Positions 1 to 7,383 of a stretch of 8,115 nt of DNA are shown here, piece after piece. The stretch spans positions 1,512-9,626 of the forward strand of contig JBJCIZ010000974.1 in assembly GCA_051294375.1 (NCBI GenBank), in the 5' to 3' direction. This stretch comes from Paraspadella gotoi (taxonomy: Eukaryota > Animalia > Chaetognatha). The position numbers and the translations under genes are program-made. Each line of letters begins with the position of its first letter. The first letter of the stretch is position 1. The notes under the pieces are model-generated. The model saw only the letters and a program-made list of their open reading frames with translations. It was not told where the DNA came from and searched no databases.

Positions 1-19
1 GAGAGAGAGAGAGATTAAT

Positions 20-1032
20 TTTGCGTGTTCGTTTCGTCGGTGAGTTGATCAGTTGCCACAATCTCACTAATATCGTTTCGTCCGGAGGAAACTGTGGAAG
101 ACGATGCCGCGAGCAGTTCACCATCCGTTGCACAAAAGGTCCCGAACTTCCGATCGGGCTTTTACTTGTGTGAAACAGCAGGGTGCAAACCCGAGTCCTT
201 TGTGTTGGGAGGAGCTCGTGCTACCTCCGGCGCCATAGGTGCTGCTGATTCTCGGACAAGTAACGGGGTATGAAATATTACCGCTACAAAACAGTTTTCC
301 GATGGAATTACAATAAAGTATTAATATTAAATGCAACTTTTTCTTCATAATTCTTTGGCAAGACTCATGTTAGAACATTTTGACGGGCGATACGCCGACG
401 GTTCAGCTCCATGAGGCATAAAAAATAATAAAATATTTTCTACAGTTGACACAGAAATAATTTTTGCATCAATAAATATTTTTAAATCATTTTTTAATAG
501 ACTTCAAAATCCCAGTCGTCGAAAGTAAAATTTTGCTGTTAAAGTTTAGAATATTTAACTTTTTGTTATTTGTATTAGATGTATATATCCCTAATTGGAT
601 TTACGGCCATAAAGTCGCTTTTGACGGTCCAGGAAGCTATCATCTTCCAAACAGCCACCACTCCTCCCTTGGCTATTGAAATGCGATGGTCCTCCAAACT
701 AAATGCCGGAAGCCCTGCTCTTCCTGAAAACCATTCCACACCAAAATGCTCGGTGTTGGGGTAAGACCAACCCCAATTTTTAATAAAATGAATCTTTCAT
801 CATTGACAGCATACGACGGCGCTTAGTACAAGGGCAGCAACAACGGCGATCAGCGAGTCTCCAGATACTTCAGGATTACTTTTTTCAATCTGGTAAAGAT
901 TTTAAATCGCTGTAAATATTTTATAAAGTGATTTTGATTCTACTTTTCATAACTTTCAGAATCAATCGCCAGTCCTGTGTGGTCAACGTAATCATCGTAG
1001 TTGCAGTCGTCAAGCACAGATTGTTTTTTTAG
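20..1032 (+). CDS. 3' part of an unidentified multi-exon gene, Cys-containing, with a possible hydrophobic C-terminus; also frameshifted
   Basis: Candidate exons: about 20-267 (donor GTATGA), 501-524 (TTTAATAG / GTAAAA), 579-760 (TATTAG / GTAAGA), 810-892 (TGACAG / GTAAAG) and 960-1032 (TTTCAG). The last three introns are short and AT-rich (54, 49 and 67 bp). Peptides: DFKIPVVE-NVYIPNWIYGHKVAFDGPGSYHLPN, NARCW-AYDG, INRQSCVVNVIIVVAVVKHRLFF*. The frame is not continuous and no family is recognised. Confidence 0.55.
367..446 (+). repeat. Diverged dispersed copy of the fold-back arm at 7299-7385
   Basis: GGCATAAAAAATAATAAAATATTTTCTACAGT (415-446) matches GGCATTAAAAAATAATAAACATTTTCTACAGT (7354-7385). 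Upstream CATGTTA and TACG(G)CCGAC occur in the same order in both. Confidence 0.6.
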
Positions 1033-1059
1033 ATATTATTTCCCCCTTTGTAAATTTAT

Positions 1060-1065
1060 AATAAA
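1060..1065 (+). promoter_or_regulatory. Putative polyadenylation signal AATAAA of the plus-strand gene
   Basis: AATAAA about 28 bp after the candidate stop at 1030-1032, followed by a T-rich tract. The AT-rich context makes a chance match possible. Confidence 0.35.
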
Positions 1066-1139
1066 TATTTTTTTTCTTGACTTTAGCATTGAAAACCGGC
1101 AAAGGGGGATAGAAGTATTAATCACTGAATTTTTGCTCT

Positions 1140-1295
1140 CTAGACTCGGAACTCGTCCAAGGGGATTCGAAGGACGTCGTAGCGGCGCCCTGTCCACGAG
1201 GATCGACGCAAGGAGTCGGCCGCGTGTCGGTCGCTGCGGCGTCGGCGGCGGCGTCCAGCGGCGTGCGGGAATCTCGAACGGTTCGTGGTCGATCG
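1140..1295 (-). CDS. ANKAR: ANKAR-like exon 4 (terminal; ...PTPCV/GRRYDVLRIPLDEFRV*)
   Basis: GC-rich block preceded on the minus strand by a long polypyrimidine tract (about 1300-1460). TAG at 1142-1140. The acceptor is uncertain: TTTCG near 1295 may be a damaged TTTCAG, and an alternative AG lies at 1461-1460. Confidence 0.55.
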   Translation of the reverse strand, partial: RSTTNRSRFPHAAGRRRRRRSDRHAADSLRRSSWTGRRYDVLRIPLDEFRV

Positions 1296-3045
1296 AAAGC
1301 GAAGGAGGAGCGAGAGAGGGAGAGAGGGATGGAGGTGGAGGAGGGGAGAAGGGAGAGGAGGGGGGAAGGGTAGTGGTGGAGAGGAAACTGAGTGGGTGGG
1401 GTGGTGGAGAATGACGGGATGTGGGGAAGTTTAATTGAAGAGAAAATGGGAAAGAAAAGCTTAGATAGAGATATGATATGATTCTAAAATTCCATTTAAA
1501 ATCATTTGATGATGTTTAAATAGCGGAAAAAAAAAAATACTACGAAACAAAAAAGATGAGAAGAAAATTTAGAGAAAGTCATTTTCAAATTTCAAAAAAA
1601 TCAACATAATGATGAAATTGTAATATATCTGATTTTAATTTTATCGAAGGAGCAATAGTAGAATATCATCTTTCACAACTTACCGATTTTCTCACAATTC
1701 ACGATTCTCTCCCGATTCCATCACCTCGATTTTATTCAAGATTCCATCATCGGTTCTCCTAATTTCATCTCCATGATTCCATCACCTAATTCTCTGCAAA
1801 CAGATTCCATCCCTCGTCCCTGATTCCATCCATCGATTCCATCAACGGATTCAAACCAGATTCCTCCCCCGGATTCTAACCCCTCCCGACATCAAACCTC
1901 TCAAACTCCTCGCGCATCCTCGCCGACAATTCGGATCGTCGACGGCGTCTCTCTGTCAAGGCCACAGCCCCCTCTGGCGACGACGCGAACGATTCGCGTC
2001 TCGAAGAGCGGTTCCTTCTGTCCGGAGAAGGTCACGAAGGGCGGGCAGGTCGTCCTCTTGTCTCCCAGATCTGAGTCGACGAGCGGCTGAGAAGTCCTCC
2101 AAGGACGGGACGGTGACCCGCTGCTTTGAGGGCGACGATGAAGAGATTGGAAAGGAAACTGACGAGTTTGAGTTGAAGGATTTGACGACGCGTTTGGGGG
2201 CAACGATCGAGGTTGGCCGCGATAGAGTCGGAGACGAGGCGGGTTCTGTGGAGACGCGTTCGAACTCCGTCAGTGAGACGCGCTCTTCCGATCTTTTTGT
2301 GAAAGGGAATGCGTCTTGAAATTAATTCGTGAAAAACTAATTAAAAGGTCTTTTTTTATGCTTTTTCGAGTCCACAATAGATAAATAATTTATTTAATCA
2401 AATAAAACGCATGATCAAAGCTTATTGGGTTTTGATTATTATCTTATTATATTATTATCCTATGGCGTCAGCCTGTCAAAGTTCAGGCGCTTCAAAGGCC
2501 ATAAAATTTCGCGCAATAACCTCGCACGTTCTTTTGGTTTATCTTCCCCGCCTTTTCGATCTCTACACTAGCGCCCCTACAGACCTTCCTTAAACATATC
2601 TGCAGATCCCATTGACGTCCATGACGACAAACGCTTCCCCATCTCGCCACCGACGCTTGTTCGAACGTCACTCTCGTCGCAATTTCTCCGCGCAGTTAAG
2701 AAACGCCCTCAGCTCCACGGGGTCTTCGGGATTGTCCCGAAAGAGGACCGAAGATTCTCGAAGACGCCGTCGTAGCCTTCGACTTCGGCGGAGTCGATTT
2801 GTCCGCCGGCGCAGGAATTCCATCGCCATCGTCTTGAGGGCGTTCCGCTCTGGCGAGCCGCCGACGCCCCAAGGAGTCGGCTACGGCGGCCTCGATTTTG
2901 GACGCCGGTCCGGAATCTGGTTCAGAACCTCGACCGGTAGAGCGCGCCATTCGATCTAAGAACTTTTTTCTGGAAGGATAGATGGCGAATGGAAGAATTG
3001 AATGAATGAATGAATGAATGAATGAATGAATGAATGAATGAATGA

Positions 3046-3112
<67 letters not shown>

Positions 3113-3167
3113 AAAATAAAAAAATAAAAAATAAAAAAAATAAATAAATAAATAAATAAATAATAAA

Positions 3168-3201
<34 letters not shown>

Positions 3202-4004
3202 AAAAAAAAATAAATAAATAAATAAATAAATAAATTATTTAAATAATTAATTCAAAAGAAAGCGGATACAGTAATCTAAAACAACCGAGATCCTCAAGGA
3301 AAACGTCCCAGAATGTGATCACGCTAATTTATGAGTTAAACAAAACTTATAAAACTTATCTAAAAAAGACAGGAAACCAGAGATCGCTAACTATAAATAA
3401 ATACAATAAAATAAACAATAAAAGTCAATAAACTTTATAATATTAAATCCCTCGAACCTTTTGTCCCTGGGAAAATAAACGCCGGTCCACAAAGTCTTGC
3501 GGCGCGTAAGCCACGTCGACGAGCAGCTGCCCGACGCGGATGTGTCTGTAGGCGGGCGAGAGGGCCACCGAGGATGTCCCGTCGGCGTTTTGGTTCGAAA
3601 GACGACGTCGGGCAGCTGTTGGCAGCCGAGATGCCGAAGGTTGAGTTCGCGAATGATTTGGTGGTTTCTTGAAGGATCGAAAGTCTGTGGAGGAAGAGGA
3701 GGAGGAGGAAGCAGGAGGAGGAGGGAAGAGGAGAGGTCGTCGCGAGGGATCAACACATGGACGACCTCGTCCGATTTCTTCCGCCAAAAATTCGGCGCCT
3801 CCGCCGATAATCCCGGCGTTCCACTTCTCTCGCCGCCACGCCCACCGGCGCTCTTCCCAATCGACGCCCAACGACGCCGCGTTTTTCGCGTCGTTGCCGA
3901 GCGACCAATCCGGCCGCATCGGGATTTAACAATTCTTGCAAAATGGAATCCGGAGAATTTATCAAAGGAATCGTTGAAGCTTCGAGGAATCGAGAATCGT
4001 CCAT
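1140..4004 (-). CDS. ANKAR: ANKAR-like gene (N-terminal non-repeat region of ankyrin and armadillo repeat-containing protein), 4 exons, many frameshifts (sequence error or pseudogene)
   Basis: Manual minus-strand translation with frame switches gives, in order: SFDKFS/DSILQELL, HQIIRELNL, QQLPDVVF/NQNADGTSSVALSPAYRHIRVGQLLVDVAY, KTLWTGVYFPRDKR, KKFLDR/WRAL, DNPEDPVELRAFLNCAE, RVTFEQ, TRRQILQLKLVSFLSNLFIVALK, PPFV, GGCGLDRETPS, GRRYDVLRIPLDEF. These are collinear with human ANKAR motifs as I recall them (EIQELL, HQMIRELAI, QLPPAYYDTRIGQILINIDYMLKALWHGIYMPKEKR, IRRGIGYLKLICFLIPFLLSLK, GKSYYVIYFELETF). This is from memory, not a search. GT-AG sites coincide with the GC/AT boundaries. Confidence 0.75.
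1684..1880. repeat. Degenerate intronic minisatellite built on GATTCCATC
   Basis: Exact GATTCCATC at 1714, 1740, 1775, 1803, 1822 and 1835, plus variants (GATTCTC, GATTCCTC, AATTTCATC), irregularly spaced. Confidence 0.75.
1898..2314 (-). CDS. ANKAR: ANKAR-like exon 3
   Basis: Acceptor AATTTCAAG| at 2316-2315. Encodes SIAANLDRCPQTRRQILQLKLVSFLSNLFIVALK, then QPLVDSDLGDKRTTCPPFVTF...GGCGLDRETPS and RMREEFE. Donor AG|GTTTGA at 1897-1896, with an alternative at 1906-1905. Confidence 0.68.
2596..2969 (-). CDS. ANKAR: ANKAR-like exon 2 (KKFLDR/WRALPVEVLNQIP...DVNGICRY)
   Basis: Acceptor CCTTCCAG| at 2971-2970. The phase-2 join with exon 1 gives DKR-KKFLDR. Donor GTTTAA at 2595-2594. Contains AGGQIDSAEVEGYDGVFENL, DNPEDPVELRAFLNCAE and EIATRVTFEQASVAR in switching frames. 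Confidence 0.68.
3001..3233. repeat. Compound microsatellite (AATG)11 followed by imperfect (AAAT)n, in intron 1
   Basis: Directly visible: AATG run 3001-3044, AAAT run from 3045 to about 3233. Confidence 0.97.
3458..4004 (-). CDS. ANKAR: ANKAR-like exon 1 (ATG at 4004, MDDSRFLE...YFPRDKR)
   Basis: Mosaic of ORFs 3750..4004, 3391..4179 and 3443..3919, with frame switches near 3981, 3951, 3920, 3775, 3595 and 3501. Donor AG|GTTCGA at 3457-3456 (phase 2). Confidence 0.72.
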
Positions 4005-4042
4005 GTCGACGTCGAAGGCGCTGTTGCGCCGCGTCGTGGCGC

Positions 4043-4110
4043 CCGGAAATGGATGGAAGGGGCGTGGCTAAAGTGGGCGTGGCCGCGCGCCAGGGGTGGC
4101 CAGGGGCGGC
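4043..4110. promoter_or_regulatory. Candidate proximal promoter of the ANKAR-like gene: clustered Sp/KLF-type GC/GT boxes and an ETS-like site
   Basis: GGGGCGTGGC 4059-4068, TGGGCGTGGC 4074-4083, CAGGGGTGGC 4091-4100, CAGGGGCGGC 4101-4110 and CCGGAAAT 4043-4050, all about 40-105 bp upstream of the ATG at 4004. Confidence 0.45.
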
Positions 4111-4149
4111 GGAGCACGAGATGGAAGAGACGGCGAGGTCGGAGTCGTT

Positions 4150-4257
4150 TGGTGGCCCGTTTGCAATAGTTTCTGCCATTGCAGATGGTCGAAGCGTTGG
4201 TGGCCAGGTCGTTGCAATCGTTTGATTCAGTTGCAGATGGTCTAGGCGTTGAGGTGG
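4150..4257. repeat. Imperfect tandem duplication of about 52 bp
   Basis: TTGCAAT at 4161 and 4212; TTGCAGATGGTC at 4179 and 4231, each followed by GCGTTG...GTGG. Confidence 0.75.
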
Positions 4258-4610
4258 GGACTTGATGAATTTCTTAATATTCCACCAATATCAAAATTAA
4301 TCTTAATTTTTTCTATAAATAGAAATAATATTAATATTATATAATTTAATTTTCATATCCAAATAAACTTCCTATAATCTTTGTTGAAGTTTAATAAAAA
4401 CCAAAAAAAATTTAAGAAATTTATAAAAATATTTATATAGCACAAAATATAACTCATTTTGAACAATCGTTTTAGTGAAAATATTAAGTTTGTTTTAGAA
4501 CATAGTAAAATAAAATATTTTTTCTGACTCCGTAGAAAATGATTTGTTTAGACCCCCCCCCTTTCTTCCTCGACGGAGTTTACGTGATGTTTTACAGGTA
4601 TCTAAGTAGA

Positions 4611-4807
4611 ACAAGAGAAGAGAGAGAGAGAGGAGAGAGAGAGAAGACGGAGAGAGAGAGGAAGGAGGAGAGAGAGGAGGAGATTTGATCAGCGAGTTCA
4701 AGTTTTCTCCGGCTTCGGGTCAATTGTAACACGAAGCAATCAATCGAAAATTAACGATTCGAGAGAACGATAGAAAAAAATGCTGGCATGGATGATGAAG
4801 AAAAGAG

Positions 4808-4845
<38 letters not shown>

Positions 4846-4872
4846 AGAGGAGATGAGAGAGAGAAGAGAGAG
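4611..4872. repeat. Two imperfect (GA)n microsatellite tracts (about 4611-4683 and 4800-4872)
   Basis: Directly visible; shorter GA runs also occur at 1-14 and 6783-6792. Confidence 0.9.
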
Positions 4873-5218
4873 ACGTTAAAATGCTCATGGGATGAACGGT
4901 TTTTCCTTTTGACTGAAAGAGAAGCCAGAATAGAACCTATTTTTTTGGTCTTGGATTAACTATTTAAGTAGTAAAATGTAAATATAATAAAAGTACAGAA
5001 TATAATGTAAAGTATTAAATATGAAAAGAAAGTTACGAATTCTCTTCGGATAACATGAGTTAACGAAGTGTGAACCGAGGCTGAACGAGTTTCAGAGAGA
5101 AAAATGACAAAAACGATGACATTTATTCCGCCGAAAACGACAAAGTCTGAAAAGACAAGAACAACGAAAGACAAGAAATTGAAAGAGACAAAGCAATGAC
5201 AACCAAAGACTTATCAAG

Positions 5219-5302
5219 GACAACGATAGACATGCCAACGACAACGATAGACATGACAACGACAACGATAGACATGACAACGACAACGATAGACAGGGCA
5301 AC
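5219..5302 (+). repeat. 21-bp tandem repeat x4, GACAACGATAGACATGACAAC
   Basis: Units at 5219-5239, 5240-5260, 5261-5281 and 5282-5302; units 2 and 3 are identical, units 1 and 4 carry 1-2 substitutions. Confidence 0.95.
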
Positions 5303-5344
5303 AATGACGATATTATCCCCCAAGGGGAAACAGTGGAAATGACA

Positions 5345-6200
5345 ACTCCCCCCCCACCCCACCCCGTTTCACATCCCCCCCTCCACACCCCTTCTTTCTC
5401 TTTCCTCCATTTTCCTCTTTTTTTTTTTATTCTTAACTGATGACCTTCGATTCTCTTCATCTCCACCTTCACCTTTTCACCTCTTCTTTCTTTCCCTTTT
5501 TTTTTCTTTCTTTCCTTTTTTTTTCTTCTTTCCCTTTTTTTCTTTCTTTCCCCTTTTTTTTTCTTTCTTCCTTTTTTTGTCTTTCTTTCCCTTTTTTTTC
5601 TTTCTTTCCCTTTTTCTTTCTTTTCTTTCCCTTTTTTTTTCTTTCTTCCCTTTTTTCCTCCAGTGTTTTTTTTTTACATTTTCTTTTTCTTTTTTTTATT
5701 TTTGTACTTTAATAATAAATAACTATAAAACATTCGTCTTTTTTAAACCACAAACACAACAAAAAAGAAAAAGATTTACACATAATATTTTTGTACTTTA
5801 ATTTTATTTCTCACCGCTTCGCTTTTTTTCGTTTCTTTCTTTCCTTTCTTTTATCTCTTTTCTTTTTTTTTCTTTGTTGTCTTTCTTTCCTCTTTCTTTC
5901 CTCTCCTCTCTTCTCCTTTCCTTTCCTTTTTCTATCTTTCCTTTCCTTTCTTTTCTTCTCCCTCTCCCCTCTCTCCTCTCATCTTCCTTTCCTTTTCTAA
6001 CCTCCCTCTTCTCTTCTCTCCTTTCCTTTCCTTTCCTTTCCTTTCCTTTCCCTTTCCTTTCCTTTCCTTTCCTTTCCTTTCCTTTCCTTTCTTTTCCTCT
6101 CCTCTCCTTTTTTAGATCACACATGCAAATTTTATTTATGAGAAAACTGTTAGGTCCTCCTCCTCTTCCTCCTCCTCCTCCTCTTCCTCCTCCTCCTACT
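5345..6200. repeat. Polypyrimidine low-complexity region: TTTCCC-T(n)-CTTTC units, (CCTTT)n at about 6019-6092, (CCT)n at about 6155-6197
   Basis: Directly visible; accounts for the spurious Phe/Leu/Ser and Lys/Glu/Arg ORFs. Confidence 0.93.
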
Positions 6201-6354
6201 CTCACCGAATTTTCTTACGCGGTTTTTCATCTTTTGTCGGCGACAATTTTTTTTTTGTTCGGACTCTAAAACGACGGCGAGCGATATTTATCTCGATAGC
6301 GATATTACTTTCTGTTAGCGAGAACACAAGAGTTTTATTTAAAATTTTTTTCGT

Positions 6355-6450
6355 ACAAATTTGATACCAAACGATAGGGAACTCTTTTCCGAAGCGCTTC
6401 ATGCAAAAAATCAGCAAAATCGGTCCAGGCATTCAAAAGTTATCGCCCAA
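6355..6450. mobile_element. Possible fragment of a non-autonomous interspersed repeat
   Basis: TTTGATACCAAACGATAGG...AAAAATCAGCAAAATCGGTCCAGGCATTCAAAAGTTATCGC resembles motifs I associate with invertebrate non-autonomous DNA or Helitron-type repeats. No termini identified. Confidence 0.3.
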
Positions 6451-6942
6451 AACGTCACCCAAAATCCGCTTCCTCGCGTAATCAAGTCGCCCTATGTTAA
6501 GGATTTCGATTTTGGTTCCATAAGGATTTGTACTACGAGCACGGGTAAGAGCCAGAATGCTCGATTCCGGGCCCCAGATTCAATAAAGAAATCGAGCTTA
6601 GAAAATCGAAACTCGACGAAACGGGGAAAAAGCTCATGAACTTTTGTAAAAACAAATACTTTTATGAGGAGAAATAGGAAATTTTATTTTTAGAGATAAA
6701 ACAGGGACAAAATCGCGATGTGTCAAGATTTTTTTTTCCAGAAAATATTGGCAATAATGTAAACAATGAACTCAGTTTATACGAGAGAGAGAAAGAGTTT
6801 ATATGAGAGACTATGAGAGAGTCTTGATTGAAAGCTTGCAGGGGACCTACTATGTCATTATCTTGTAAGAGTGATGGAGGCCTTAAACCACCAAAGCCTG
6901 TCCAAAAGTCAGGGGCAAAGATAGCTTATTTATTAAATGAAT

Positions 6943-7006
6943 GGATAATTTTTATATTGGTTGTACCAATTTCATGAAATTGGTACAACCAATATAAAAA
7001 TTATCC
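6943..7006. repeat. Perfect 64-bp spacerless palindrome centred on TTTCA|TGAAA
   Basis: Checked base by base: 32 of 32 pairs around 6974/6975. Extends to 6931-7015 (TATTAAATG / CATTTAATA) across a 3-nt indel. Confidence 0.97.
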
Positions 7007-7194
7007 CATTTAATATTTTCATTATATATATATATTTCATATATATTTCATATTAATATCTTTGGCCAAAACGACTGGCTAGTGGATGGGCGAATTTTCT
7101 TCCACATCTACAACTTTATTAAAAAAACGACAATGTCGTAAATCCGTAAGCTTCGTCATGCCGCAGTTTTAATTTATGAACATTGAACAATATA

Positions 7195-7383
7195 TGTAGA
7201 AAATGTTTATTATTTTTTATGCCACGAGGGTCGCGCGTCTCGATTCGTCGGCCGTAGGTTAAACTGGCTTTAACATGAGCAAGAAAATCCTTTGTTTCCA
7301 TGTTAAAGCCAGTTTAACCTACGGCCGACAAAATCAAATTGCGCGACCCTCGTGGCATTAAAAAATAATAAACATTTTCTACA
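7195..7383. mobile_element. MITE/fold-back-like module A: inverted arms of about 84 bp with a 21-bp loop
   Basis: Arms 7195-7277 and 7299-7383 are complementary except for one internal mismatch patch of about 10 nt and a minor difference near the ends. Termini TGTAGAAAATGTTTAT...ATAAACATTTTCTACA. The inverted repeat is certain; mobility is inferred and no clear target-site duplication is seen. Confidence 0.6.

Noticed and set aside
2596-2969. Stop-codon reassignment suggested by in-frame TAG and TGA in a protein-like frame of exon 2
   Set aside because: Frame switches avoid the stops and give better ANKAR-like matches (for example RVTFEQ across the TGA), so no alternative genetic code is needed.
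3479-3481. Alternative exon 1 donor (C|GTTTAT) at 3480
   Set aside because: ANKAR-like similarity (LWTGVYFPRDKR) continues to 3458, where the phase matches exon 2.
3391-4179. The 262-aa ORF as a complete single-exon gene
   Set aside because: Only parts are in the homologous frame; its 3' end runs into intron 1 and its 5' end covers the promoter-like region.
1001-4225. Plus-strand ORFs 1001..1414, 2113..2319, 2612..2959, 3497..4225 and 3669..3929
   Set aside because: Antisense shadows of GC-rich minus-strand exons; homology and splice signals are on the minus strand.
5219-5302. CRISPR-like or telomeric repeat
   Set aside because: Head-to-tail 21-mers with no spacers; not a telomere-type unit.
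5440-6269. Phe/Leu/Ser-rich and Lys/Glu/Arg-rich ORFs
   Set aside because: Translations of polypyrimidine and polypurine simple repeats, which lack stop codons by composition.
6361-7301. ORFs 6361..6639 (+) and 7119..7301 (-)
   Set aside because: Short, with no recognisable motif or splice support; they overlap repeat-like or fold-back DNA.
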